Notes: a model not told the origin generated them from the letters alone. DNA of 64,000 bases from Candidatus Terraquivivens tikiterensis (GCA_003056285.1 NDWU01000001.1:37236-101235), one strand, 5' to 3'; numbered from the stretch's first letter, positions 10,190 to 20,152 are shown. Made by a program: numbers and translations.

Positions 10190-10697
10190 GGTCGATAACC
10201 AAAGTAGCTGGGGCTATGGTGTGCGTAGGCACCGACTGGCTCGGTAAGTGTGTAAAGAGCTCACGGTAGGCTTGGTCCTCGCCAAGGATCTAGGGGTTGA
10301 CACTCTAACGCCGAAGCAGGGAGATTCTTGCTTCTAAGGTTCTCATAGGTTGGTCGCTCATCGAGCTTTTACCCTCCCAACCCATACCATTCCACCCTAG
10401 GAGCAAGGGGCGTGCCACCATCCGATGGCATCCTCCGTCGTGGAGGTGCCCATATAGGCTCTTGCCCGAGCCTCCTAGGAGTTGGGTATGTGTCAGTCCA
10501 CGAAAAAGGATGGCACGATGCCGCTTACATCCCTGGAGGAAGTCTTTGGTTAACGTTCCAGTCGCGGCGGACTATCGACGCTGACATTTAAAAGCGGCTT
10601 TAAGGCTGGAGCAAAAGCCGTCACCGTCTGGCTGCGGTGGCGAGCGCACCGGATCCAAAAGCAGCAACCAGCAAAATCGGGAAAGCTGCATACTTTT
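10190..10697. ncRNA. Candidate structured non-coding RNA locus: a 508-bp ORF-free gap between convergent genes
   Basis: There is no plausible ORF. Several perfect hairpins are packed together: CCATC-CG-GATGG, CCTCC-GTCGT-GGAGG, GGCTC-TTGCCC-GAGCC. A gap between converging genes needs no promoters, so half a kilobase is unexpected in this compact genome. Identity and strand are unknown. Confidence 0.3.
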
Positions 10698-11552
10698 TCA
10701 TACGAGCCGGGAGTAGCCTTCGAGGAGCCCGTACGCCTCCTCGTAAAGCCTCGGCCCAGTCTTAGCCGTGCACGCCCTGAAGATTTTTCTGAGCCTGGGT
10801 AGGTCACCCCTGCTCAAGACCTCGGATAGCTCGCCCAGCTTTCTCCTGTAGGACGAGAGCGCGCGGAGCGCGTAAGGGTTCAGCTTGAAAGCCGAGATCA
10901 TGAGCTCTGGACTCTCAGATAACGAGGTCGCCGCCGAGAGTATCTGGAGTTTGAAAGTCGTTCCAGAAAGGCCCATCGCCTTCCTGAACGTCCTGTTGTC
11001 CATAGCGAATACAAGAGATACCGCAAGCGCATGCGAAAGGGAAAGGACGTACGCCATAGCTCTGTCGTGCGTTCTCCAGTCAACGGCAACGACCTTAGCA
11101 TCGTCGAATAGGCTCTTTGCTATACGCATCTCGGAGTTCTTGCTCTTTATCGGTACTAGGGCCACGACCTTTCCTCTCATGCTGCTGGCGCCAGGCCCGA
11201 ATAGGGGGTGTACGGAAAGCAGCCTGGCATGCGTATGCCTCAGCCTCTTCAAAGAGGCGATTACGTGCGCCTTTATGGACGATACTTCTACGACGACGCT
11301 GCCATGCTTTGCGTATCTTGAGGCCTCTACGACGACAGAAGCCGTGGAGCCTGGCGGGACGGCCACGAGCGTGACGTCCGCATCGCGTACAGCATCCTCG
11401 AGGCTTCTGCTCGCAGCCGTCCCGACCTCCTTCGCCAACCTGTATGCGACGTTCGGCCTTTTATCGAAAATCCTTACATCGTACCCTTTCTTGCAAAAAT
11501 ACTTGGCGAACCAGCCACCCATCTTCCCTGCTCCGATAACAGCCGCCTTCAT
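10698..11552 (-). CDS. tyrA: Prephenate dehydrogenase
   Basis: N-terminal NAD-binding GAGKMGGW motif and PDH-family layout; adjacent to the chorismate mutase-aminotransferase gene. Confidence 0.8.
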   Translation of the reverse strand: MKAAVIGAGKMGGWFAKYFCKKGYDVRIFDKRPNVAYRLAKEVGTAASRSLEDAVRDADVTLVAVPPGSTASVVVEASRYAKHGSVVVEVSSIKAHVIASLKRLRHTHARLLSVHPLFGPGASSMRGKVVALVPIKSKNSEMRIAKSLFDDAKVVAVDWRTHDRAMAYVLSLSHALAVSLVFAMDNRTFRKAMGLSGTTFKLQILSAATSLSESPELMISAFKLNPYALRALSSYRRKLGELSEVLSRGDLPRLRKIFRACTAKTGPRLYEEAYGLLEGYSRLV

Positions 11553-11635
11553 CCTATTTCAAAAGTTAAAAGAGGGATTAAACTAAATAACTTTCCCTAA
11601 GGGATGTAGGCCGCTCGCCGTTGGTGGCCGTCGGC

Positions 11636-13039
11636 TCAGGACAGGAACTCGCCTATCCTCCTCACGCCCTCGAGCAAGCTCTCTTTTGGCTGCCCGAGCG
11701 ATATCCTGAAGTAGTTGAAGTAGTTGCCGAACGCCCCTCCTGGTGCTACGCTCACGTTCTTCTTCTCTAATAGCTTCACGGCAAACTCTGAGCCGTCTAT
11801 GCCTTCGACGTCGATCCTTGGAAAGACGTACATCGCGCCATCCGGCTTGTAGAACGATACTGGTAAGGGCTCGAGGGCCTTACAAACGGCCTCAGCCCTC
11901 TCCTTCATCACGTCGGAGTTTCTCTTGGCGTCCTCCAGGCATTTCAAGGCCTCGATGGCTGCGTACTGTATGAACTCAGGAATGCACGTTATGAGCATGG
12001 ACTGTATTGCAGCCATCCTGTTCACCCTTTCCAGATCGGATATTACGAAGCCAACCCTAAAGCCCGTCATGCCCCAGCTCTTGGAGAAGGAGGAGATCAT
12101 CACGTGGCTCACGTCTGGATAGCTGAGGACAGTGTTGTGTCCCTTTTCGGTAAAGTTGTAGTCCGCGTAGACTTCGTCGCTTATCAACGTCAGCTTCCTG
12201 TCCTGCGCTATCTCCGCTATTCCCTTGAACGTCTTCCTTTCCAAGGCCTTGCCCGTCGGGTTGCACGGGTAGTTCAGGATTATGGCCCTCGTGGCCGCGC
12301 TTATCTTTTCGTTGAGCTCCTCGAGGCTCGGCTCCCAGCCGTCCTCCAGCTTTGTCTCGAGCACGATGGGCCTGCCGCCGACGTACCTGACGCAGGGCTT
12401 GTAGATCGGCCAGGAAGGGTCTATGACCACGACCTCGTCACCAGGAGATATCGTCGACGCAAGGGCCAGGTATACGCCGAACGCGCCGCCGATGGTAGCT
12501 ATCACTTGGTCTGGCTTTATGTCTGCGCCGAACCTCATCCTCACGTAATCGGCGATTGCCTGCCTCAGCTCCGGCTTTCCCTTCGGCTCCGTGTATCTCG
12601 ACCTTCCTGCCCTCATCTCTTGGTAGGCTCTTTCTATGACTACGCCAGGCGCCCTGAAGTCAGGCTCGCCCACATCCATCCTGATGACCTTGATGCCTTG
12701 TTTCTCCAGAGCCTCAGCCATCCTGGCTATATCCCTGTGCGTTAGGACCTTCCTCTCTGGCGGCTTTGGTTGAACCTTCGTGCATTCCTCGATGAGCAGC
12801 GTTGTGAGCCTCTGCGCAAAATCCTTGTCTATGCCAAGCCTCATGGCCTCTTTTGCTATGCTATCCCGCAGCGCCCTCTCGACGCTCGGGTCCTCGACGC
12901 CAAGACCCTTCATCTGCTTTAGCTTGCCTATCTCGGCACAAAGGGATTGTCGCTTTGCGATCAAGCTAAATATTTCCTTAGTCGTTTCCAAAACTTCGTT
13001 CCTCAGTTTATCTAGCTCGCTATCTTTCGTGCAAGGCAT
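11636..13039 (-). CDS. Bifunctional chorismate mutase (AroQ) / class I-II aminotransferase fusion
   Basis: The first ~90 aa match the AroQ chorismate mutase helix pattern (..LRNEVLETTKEIFSLIAKRQSLCAEIGKLK..). The rest is a PLP aminotransferase with the Schiff-base lysine context SFSKSWGMTGFRVGF. Confidence 0.75.
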   Translation of the reverse strand: MPCTKDSELDKLRNEVLETTKEIFSLIAKRQSLCAEIGKLKQMKGLGVEDPSVERALRDSIAKEAMRLGIDKDFAQRLTTLLIEECTKVQPKPPERKVLTHRDIARMAEALEKQGIKVIRMDVGEPDFRAPGVVIERAYQEMRAGRSRYTEPKGKPELRQAIADYVRMRFGADIKPDQVIATIGGAFGVYLALASTISPGDEVVVIDPSWPIYKPCVRYVGGRPIVLETKLEDGWEPSLEELNEKISAATRAIILNYPCNPTGKALERKTFKGIAEIAQDRKLTLISDEVYADYNFTEKGHNTVLSYPDVSHVMISSFSKSWGMTGFRVGFVISDLERVNRMAAIQSMLITCIPEFIQYAAIEALKCLEDAKRNSDVMKERAEAVCKALEPLPVSFYKPDGAMYVFPRIDVEGIDGSEFAVKLLEKKNVSVAPGGAFGNYFNYFRISLGQPKESLLEGVRRIGEFLS

Positions 13040-13438
13040 ATCCGCTTCACGGATAGCGGATGGTCCGTGTATTTAAACGATGCCCTTGACATGAGCTGCC
13101 GATGTCTGTAAGCCCATGAACCTCCTACCTCAAAGACGTGGCCTGCCGGCTCTAATCCAGCAGAGCCTAGCCTAGGCAGGCTGCCCCATCCTATAACTCA
13201 AGCCTACTCAGGACGCTCTCCTTCCGTTCCACTGGGAATAGGATGTAGTTGTATGCCTGCAAAGCTCCAAGTTTCCAGCAACCGTATGTAGGCGAAAATC
13301 TCAGCAAGACTGATGATGCTAACTTGGAGGAAGACCGGAAGCATGCAGCCTTCGGGCGTGGGAAGACGTCACCAAAAAGCATCATGCTCCACACTTTCAG
13401 AGCTTTAGAATTTTGCACATAGAGTAAGCTAAAAGCAT

Positions 13439-14167
13439 TCAAGCATACCCTTTCCTGTAAACTATGTTTACATACTTTTTTCCTTCCGAGAGTATTTCCC
13501 CGATTTCTTTCTCACTGAATGGTGTGAACCTTTCTCCGCCCAGAAACCTTTTTGTAGGTTGCAGGTTTTGCAGGTAGTAAGCTTTTGCTCCTACGATGCT
13601 TTTGCATATTTCGATTATGTCTTCTTTTGTATGGTACTCCTTCACCAACGTCGTCCTAAACTCGTAAGAAATTTTTGATCCCATGATCATGCTCAAAGAC
13701 TTTCTCACGTTCTCGAACAATTCCATCGTCAGAGCCCCTCCCGTTACATTCTTGTACTTCTTGTATTCGAGCGCCGTCTTTACGTCCATTGCAACATGGT
13801 CGACCAGCTTTTCTCTGATTAGCTTCTCCAGCATGAGGAAATTGCTACCATTCGTCTCTATACCAGTAAGCAAGCCTGCTTGCTTTACCTTCCTAAAAAA
13901 GTCCGGCAGGTCATCCTGTAAGGTTGGCTCCCCACCCGTTACGACCACGGCATCGATCAGTCCCGCATTCCTCTTGATATAAGCAAGGACGTCATCTTCC
14001 CTTATCTCCTTAACCCCGTCCATGCCGTTAGGTATTACGAGCCACGGTACGTAGCAGAATGGACACCTGAGGTTGCATCCTATAGTGAAAACAACTGCCG
14101 AAACTTTTCCAGGATACTCTACCAAGCTTGCTCTTTGGAAACCCCCTATCCTCACCAGATCCCTCAC
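13439..14167 (-). CDS. nrdG: Anaerobic ribonucleoside-triphosphate reductase activating protein (radical SAM)
   Basis: Radical SAM cluster-binding motif CNLRCPFC near the N-terminus; 4-bp overlap with nrdD. Confidence 0.8.
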   Translation of the reverse strand: MRDLVRIGGFQRASLVEYPGKVSAVVFTIGCNLRCPFCYVPWLVIPNGMDGVKEIREDDVLAYIKRNAGLIDAVVVTGGEPTLQDDLPDFFRKVKQAGLLTGIETNGSNFLMLEKLIREKLVDHVAMDVKTALEYKKYKNVTGGALTMELFENVRKSLSMIMGSKISYEFRTTLVKEYHTKEDIIEICKSIVGAKAYYLQNLQPTKRFLGGERFTPFSEKEIGEILSEGKKYVNIVYRKGYA

Positions 14168-16257
14168 CCATTCTCTAAGGCTGTCCTGTCGAACGTCCTC
14201 CTTTGCTTAAACTCTTCCTGCTTCCCTACGTTCCATTGTTCAACGGGTCTAAGGTAGCCAACTACTCTAGAATAGACTTCCGTAGGCCTCCCGCATTTTG
14301 GACAAGCGTGTACCCTGCCTCTTATATACCCGTGCTCCTCGCATACGCTAAAGGTTGGGCTTACTGTAAAATATGGAATCCTAAAGTTTTCGCAAACTTT
14401 TCTAACAAGGGCCGCTATGGACTCTACCGGAGGGTAGCTTTCTCCAAGCCATATGTGGAACACCGTTCCGCCAGTGTATTTCGTCTGAAGGGGCTCTTGT
14501 AACCTTAGCGCTTCCCACAAGTCGTCCGTATAGTATACCGGCAGTTGTGAAGAGTTGGTATAATATGGTTCTGATGCCGTCTTAGTATACCCATCGTTTG
14601 CAACGAATATGTCCGGGTACGTGCTCTTATCAATTTTGGCCAAACGGTAAGCCGCAGACTCAGCAGGTGTGGCCTCAAGGTTATACAGATTTCCAGTAGC
14701 TTCCTGAAATTCCAAAAGCACTTTCCTCATAAACTCCAAAGTTTTCTCCGCAAACCTTAACCCCTCGGCATCCCCTATGCTACATCCTAAGAGGTTTACG
14801 CAACACTCATTCATTCCAACGAGCCCTATAGTCGAAAAGTGGTTTTTCCAATATTCTCCAAGAGCCCCTTTAACATTTCTAAGATAGAATTTTGAGAAAG
14901 GATACAAACCATCCTCAGTAAGCCTCTCAAGCCATTCCCTCTTAATCTCTAGGGCATCTCTAGCCAAAGACATCCTCTCCTCAAGCATCTCAAAAAACTT
15001 TGTCTCATCTTTTGAGAGATACCCTATCCTTGGCATGTTGATCGTTACTACACCGATGGAGCCCGTCAGAGGGTTTGAGCCGAAAAGTCCACCTCCCCTC
15101 CTTCTCAATTCTTTTGTGTCTATCCTAAGGCGACAACACATAGAGCGGACGTCCTCAGGCCTCATATCGGAGTTTATGAAGTTGGCAAAGTATGGCAGGC
15201 CGTATTTCGCGCACGTCTCTAAAATCCCTTTGACTGGAGCGCTTTCCCACCTGAAATCGTTCGTTACGTTGATCGTCGGAATGGGGAACGTGAAAGGTCT
15301 TCCCAAGGCATCCCCTTCCAACATTACCTCGGCAAGCGCAACGTTAAAGACGTCCATTTCTTCCTGAAAGTCGCCATACACATCATCCTTGACCTCTCCA
15401 CCAACCACCACCGGTTCGTTTTCCATAAACCTCGGAACGGTAAGGTCCAAGGTTATGTTAGAAAACGGTGTTTGAAAACCGACACGCGTTGGAACGTTCA
15501 TGTTAAAGATAAACTCTTGTAATGCCTGTTTAACAGTCGTATAATCTAAGGCATCATACCTTATGAAAGGGCTTAAGAGCGTATCGAAGTTTGAGAAAGC
15601 CTGAGCACCGGCCGCCTCGCCCTGCAACGTGAAGATGAAGTTTGTGACCTGTCCTAGCGCTACCCTAAAATGTTTTGCTGGATTGGACCATGTTTTTCCC
15701 CTTACACCCCTAAACCCAATAAGCAGGAGGTCTCGGAGGTCCCATCCTACGCAGTATGGCCCCAGTATGCCAAGGTTGTGTATGTGAAAATCCCCTTTGT
15801 AGTGTGCCTCAACGATCCTAGGATTCCTTTTGTAGTATATCCTGTGAAGCCAGTAGCTAGAAATCACCTGAGAGGAAATGTGAAAGTTTAAAGCTTGAAG
15901 GGAGTAGGTCGTGTTCGCGTTCTCTTTGACAAGCCAGGTCCTTTTTTTAAGATATCCGTCCACAAGGTCCTTTATTTGGGTATGCAACGCTCTCTGGAAA
16001 ATATAGGCTTTCGCTACTCTATGGTAACCACAATCCACGAGGGCCTTCACGATAAGGTCTTCGACCTGCTCTACTGTAGGCATACTGTCTGGTCCAAAAT
16101 TTTCTTCGAGGATGCTGACAACCCTGCTCGCGATGTTTTTAGCTAAGGCTTCGTCATGTTCGTGCATAGAGAACATGACACTCCGTATCGCCTCTACTAT
16201 CCTTGCTTCCTCGAATTCTACGATTCTTCCGTCTTCATCAATAATCTTTCTTAACAT
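14164..16257 (-). CDS. nrdD: Anaerobic ribonucleoside-triphosphate reductase, class III
   Basis: 697 aa, glycyl-radical enzyme architecture, C-terminal Zn-ribbon ..CPKCG.. typical of NrdD. Confidence 0.9.
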   Translation of the reverse strand: MLRKIIDEDGRIVEFEEARIVEAIRSVMFSMHEHDEALAKNIASRVVSILEENFGPDSMPTVEQVEDLIVKALVDCGYHRVAKAYIFQRALHTQIKDLVDGYLKKRTWLVKENANTTYSLQALNFHISSQVISSYWLHRIYYKRNPRIVEAHYKGDFHIHNLGILGPYCVGWDLRDLLLIGFRGVRGKTWSNPAKHFRVALGQVTNFIFTLQGEAAGAQAFSNFDTLLSPFIRYDALDYTTVKQALQEFIFNMNVPTRVGFQTPFSNITLDLTVPRFMENEPVVVGGEVKDDVYGDFQEEMDVFNVALAEVMLEGDALGRPFTFPIPTINVTNDFRWESAPVKGILETCAKYGLPYFANFINSDMRPEDVRSMCCRLRIDTKELRRRGGGLFGSNPLTGSIGVVTINMPRIGYLSKDETKFFEMLEERMSLARDALEIKREWLERLTEDGLYPFSKFYLRNVKGALGEYWKNHFSTIGLVGMNECCVNLLGCSIGDAEGLRFAEKTLEFMRKVLLEFQEATGNLYNLEATPAESAAYRLAKIDKSTYPDIFVANDGYTKTASEPYYTNSSQLPVYYTDDLWEALRLQEPLQTKYTGGTVFHIWLGESYPPVESIAALVRKVCENFRIPYFTVSPTFSVCEEHGYIRGRVHACPKCGRPTEVYSRVVGYLRPVEQWNVGKQEEFKQRRTFDRTALENG

Positions 16258-16520
16258 AGTAATTGGATGGATAATCCATCCAATATATAAACGTATTTTT
16301 TACTTACACCTAAACTGAAACAAACACTTCTCGTTGCTGAGGCTTGGGGTTCTCGGCCGACTCATACGGTTCTCCTTTGTCGAATTCTAACCACACCGAT
16401 CCAGCCCATCATAGGCATATGGCCTTTGCCCGATTACCCCATGCTGAGGTACTGGAAGAGTAACGGTAAAAGGGAGATTAGAACAGTCAGGGGCGACTGC
16501 CTTATCCTCCCAAAGGGCCG

Positions 16521-16650
16521 CATTCATGATAGTGATGGGCAGGCCTGATCCGCCTGCTTGGGTGGAGCCCCTGCCGGCCTATGTGCCGGAAAGCTCCGTC
16601 TTTGAAGCAGGAAGCCCGCTGGCTTATAGACGTGAGTAGCTTACGGGCAT
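16521..16650 (+). repeat. Family A repeated intergenic element, copy 1
   Basis: Four conserved blocks are shared with copies at 21334-21445 and, reverse-complemented, at 51582-51706: GATGGGCAGGCCTGATCCGCCTGC, GAGCCCCT, GTCTTTGAAGCAGGAAGCC, GTAGCTTAC. Compensatory hairpins are present. Confidence 0.6.
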
Positions 16651-16677
16651 CCTAAAACGGAGGGCCGATGGAATCCC

Positions 16678-17382
16678 ATGCGCTTCGGCTTTGGAGGGCG
16701 TCAATTAGCACGATTAAGCCTTTTAAATTATAAGAAGGTAAGCCCCAGCATCAGCGTGGTGCGTTTGGGGAACGCCTCGCTACTCGGGAGGAGGGGCAGG
16801 GAGCTCTTCGAGGTAGCAACGAATAGGCTAGTCGGCTACATGGCCAGGCAAGGCGTAAGCCCTACCGCGCTAAGCCTGCTTGGCCTGCTCTTCGCCATAC
16901 TTTCAGCCGGCCTCTACATAGCGGCCCCAGGCATACGCGAGCTGGTAATCTTGGCGGCGGTCGCTCTGCTCGTTTCGGGCTTCTTTGACGCAATAGACGG
17001 CGCCGTCGCTAGGGCATCCGGTAAGGTTACAGCCTTTGGCGCCTTCACGGATTCCGTACTCGACAGAATAGAGGATGGGGCGGTAATCGTCGCCATGACC
17101 CTTGCGGGCTTTATGGACCTCCTGCTCGGCATGCTCCTGCTACTGTCCTCATACTTGGTAAGCTACGCAAGGGCAAGGGCCGAGGGGCTGGGCGTCGAGA
17201 TGAAGGGCATAGGGCTTTTCGAGAGGGCCGAGAGGATTCTCGTCCTCTTTGTGGCATCCATACTCGAGTACTTCCTACCCCACACGATAACGTTCGTCTC
17301 CGCAGCGTTAATAGCGGTAAACGCCTTTGTGGTCGCTCAAAGGGTTCTATACGTTAGGTCCAGGTTGAGGGAGGGGCGATAA
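16678..17382 (+). CDS. CDP-alcohol phosphatidyltransferase family protein; archaetidylinositol-phosphate synthase-like
   Basis: CDP-OH transferase motif D-G-x2-AR...G-x3-D-x3-D (DAIDGAVARASGKVTAFGAFTDSVLDR) and multiple TM segments. The true start may be the in-frame GTG at about 16756. Confidence 0.75.
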   Translation: MRFGFGGRQLARLSLLNYKKVSPSISVVRLGNASLLGRRGRELFEVATNRLVGYMARQGVSPTALSLLGLLFAILSAGLYIAAPGIRELVILAAVALLVSGFFDAIDGAVARASGKVTAFGAFTDSVLDRIEDGAVIVAMTLAGFMDLLLGMLLLLSSYLVSYARARAEGLGVEMKGIGLFERAERILVLFVASILEYFLPHTITFVSAALIAVNAFVVAQRVLYVRSRLREGR

Positions 17383-17384
17383 CT

Positions 17385-17717
17385 TTAGGCAGGGATGAAC
17401 GTTATCTTGCCATCCTTGAACTGGAGCTCGTAGACGTAGTTTACCTCGAGCTTCACGTTAAGCATCTCATACTCCTCCTCCGTCAGGAACAGCGTCATCT
17501 TAGGTATGATGACCTCCCTCATGTGGGGTAGTAGGCCCATGCTCTGCATCTGAAGGAACACGCCCTGCATGAGCCTCTGCAGCATAAGAGCTTCCTCTGT
17601 TAGCGCACCTGGCTTCTCGCCGTGCCGTCTGACCTCGACCAGCTCTACGATCCTCCCAGGCCTTCCCGTCTCTGGGTCGCTTGTGCTTGAAATCCTGTAA
17701 ACCTTCACCAGAACCAT
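17385..17717 (-). CDS. Hypothetical protein, about 110 aa
   Basis: ORF with plausible amino-acid composition. The start was trimmed to the Met of MVLVKV.., downstream of the overlap with the acetyl-CoA synthetase gene. No family was recognised. Confidence 0.35.
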   Translation of the reverse strand: MVLVKVYRISSTSDPETGRPGRIVELVEVRRHGEKPGALTEEALMLQRLMQGVFLQMQSMGLLPHMREVIIPKMTLFLTEEEYEMLNVKLEVNYVYELQFKDGKITFIPA

Positions 17718-17779
17718 TTGGGAACAACATGGAATTAGAAGTATATTAGCTTGTCGAGATGTGTGAAAACCTAACCCAT

Positions 17780-19888
17780 CTACGTGCCGCACAGACTGGA
17801 ACCCTTTAACATTATCTTTACGTCGAATGCCATACAACCCCTTTCGTACACGAATAGCGGGTTTATGTCGACGTCGCTTATAACATCAAAGTCCAGCGAG
17901 AGCTGGCTCACCGCCGCCAGGACTTCCTTAACGGAGCGCACGTCCTTTGGCGCATCCCTAAAGCCTTCGAGCACGTGGTAGACCTTCGTCTCCCTCATCA
18001 TCTCATCTACGTCGACGTCCGTGAGCGGTGCGACCCTGAAGGACACGTCCCTGTACAACTCCACCAGAGCACCCCCAGAGCCGAACATGATTAGCGGCCC
18101 AAAAACTTCGTCCCTGTGCATGCCGACGGCTACCTGCACCCCCTCTCTAACGAACGGCCTAACCACTATGCCTTCTACCCTGGCCCCCGGGGCCTTCTCC
18201 TTAACGGACTTAAGGATCCCGTAGTAAGCATCTTCCAGCTCTCTTCCGTCTTTGATGTTTAGCCTTATCCCTCCAGCCTCGGTCTTATGAACAACGTCCG
18301 GAGATTCGACCTCGAGGACGACTGGATAGCCTATGCTCTCTGCAGAGCTGAGGGCCTCCTCCAAGCTCTTCGCAACGATTTTCTTCGGGGTAGGTATCCC
18401 ATAAAGGCTTACGAGCTCGCAGGATTCGGATTGCGTGAGGTTCCTGCCTTCCCTGAGGGCTTTCGCCAAGATCCCGTATGCCTTGTCCTTTTCTACCCTA
18501 ACCTCGAGGTGCTTGCCCTTTGGCCTGCTCTTGTAGTAAGCATACCTGTACTTCGTCGCAAGGGCTGCTGCCGCCCTCTCTGGCGTGTCGAAAGCTGGTA
18601 TGCCGTTTTTTATGAGGAACCTCGTGGCGTCCTCGCACTCCTTCCCGCCGATGAAGGCTGCCACGACCGGCTTGTCACCTTTCACCTTGTTCACGCACCT
18701 CACTATGGCCTCCGCTACGTTCATGGGATTGAGCGTTGCCGGATGCGAGAAGAGCGTTATTATAGCATGGACCCTTTCGTCACCCAGCAAGACGGAGAGG
18801 GAGCCGTAGTACTCTTTCTCGGTGGCCATGCCGGTCAGGTCTATCGGGTTGAGGACCGAGCCGAAGCTGGGCATCCACTTCCTTAGAGCCGAAGCCAGGT
18901 CCTCGGGAATGTCCATCAAACGGAGTTTTTGCTCCTCGCAAGCGTCCGCGCCCATGATGCCCGCACCGCCCCCGTTCGTCAGTATTACGACGTTCTCTCC
19001 TTTCGGATCCGGCAGCATGGCCAAAGAGAGCGCATAGTCGAAAAGCGTCCGCACGTCGCCAGCCCTTACTATGCCGCACTGCTTGAACACAGCATCGTAG
19101 GCAGCGTCCGAGCCGGCCAGCGAGCCAGTGTGCGACTTTACCGCCTCGGCCGCCCTCCAGCCCTTTCCTGCCTTTAGTATGATTATGGGCTTTTCCCTGC
19201 TGACCCTCCTTGCAACCTCCATGAACTTCTTACCGTTCTCGACGCCCTCCAGGTAAAGCGCTATGGCCTTAGCGTGAACGTCTTTGGAGAAGAACTCCAT
19301 AAGGTCGGACTCGTCGACGTCAGCCCTGTTTCCTAGGCTTATGACGTCCAAGAGACCTATGCCCTTTAACTTCGTCCAGGCGAGCAGGCCAGCCGCCAAC
19401 GCACCGCTTTGGGATACCATAACGATGCCTCCCCTGTCCGGAAGGTATGGCAGGAAGCTGGCGTTCAGGCCGACAACGGTATCGATCAGGCCAACTATGT
19501 TGGGCCCCAGGATCCTCACGCCGCCCTTCTTGGCAATTTCCAGCAGATTCCTCTCAGCCTCCACGTTCCCGACTTCCTTGAAGCCTGAGGATACGATGGC
19601 AGCTGCTTTTACACGCCTCTCGGCACAATCCTCGAGTACCCTCGGGACGATGCTGGCAGGTACGGCGATCACGGCTAAGTCGATCTCGTACGGAACTTCC
19701 TTCAAGCTCGGATAGCACTTGATGCCCAGTACCTCGTCGACGTTCGGGTTGATCGGGAAGACGCGCTCCCTCGGGAAGCCACTCTCTATTATATTCTTAA
19801 GTATAACGTGACCGATCTTCGTCGGATCCCTCGAGGCTCCCACGACGGCTACGGTACGGGGCCTTAAGAGGTGCTCCAACCCTTCCAC
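17780..19888 (-). CDS. Acetyl-CoA synthetase (ADP-forming), fused alpha-beta type
   Basis: CoA-binding N-terminus (..VAVVGASRDPTKIGH..), succinyl-CoA-synthetase-like ligase domain and C-terminal ATP-grasp domain; 702 aa. Confidence 0.85.
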   Translation of the reverse strand: MEGLEHLLRPRTVAVVGASRDPTKIGHVILKNIIESGFPRERVFPINPNVDEVLGIKCYPSLKEVPYEIDLAVIAVPASIVPRVLEDCAERRVKAAAIVSSGFKEVGNVEAERNLLEIAKKGGVRILGPNIVGLIDTVVGLNASFLPYLPDRGGIVMVSQSGALAAGLLAWTKLKGIGLLDVISLGNRADVDESDLMEFFSKDVHAKAIALYLEGVENGKKFMEVARRVSREKPIIILKAGKGWRAAEAVKSHTGSLAGSDAAYDAVFKQCGIVRAGDVRTLFDYALSLAMLPDPKGENVVILTNGGGAGIMGADACEEQKLRLMDIPEDLASALRKWMPSFGSVLNPIDLTGMATEKEYYGSLSVLLGDERVHAIITLFSHPATLNPMNVAEAIVRCVNKVKGDKPVVAAFIGGKECEDATRFLIKNGIPAFDTPERAAAALATKYRYAYYKSRPKGKHLEVRVEKDKAYGILAKALREGRNLTQSESCELVSLYGIPTPKKIVAKSLEEALSSAESIGYPVVLEVESPDVVHKTEAGGIRLNIKDGRELEDAYYGILKSVKEKAPGARVEGIVVRPFVREGVQVAVGMHRDEVFGPLIMFGSGGALVELYRDVSFRVAPLTDVDVDEMMRETKVYHVLEGFRDAPKDVRSVKEVLAAVSQLSLDFDVISDVDINPLFVYERGCMAFDVKIMLKGSSLCGT

Positions 19889-20152
19889 GAATGTTTAGAC
19901 GCTTTCCGACTATAAAAGCCTCTTAGCAAACCGGCGGAAAACGAGCGCTCCAGCCGCGATGGAGCGGACGCTTACTATTCCCTCCCTTCTTTTTGCTGCA
20001 ACCACCTACTAAGGGTCAGGACGGACTCTATGCATGGGTTCAGCATCCAGCAAAGCCGAAGGGTGAAGCCTGAAGGTCTGCAAAACGCATTAATGCTTAG
20101 AGGTGCATCTACGAAGCGAAAGCCAAGCGCTCCCTTTCTTAGTCCACGGTAT

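Noticed and set aside
18287-19715. Several 70-200-aa ORFs (18287-18886 +, 18585-18809 +, 18780-19079 -, 19284-19715 +) inside or antisense to the ADP-forming acetyl-CoA synthetase gene
   Set aside because: They are fully embedded in a long, well-conserved CDS. The translations are Arg/Pro/Ala-rich with no motifs, so they are GC-bias artefacts.
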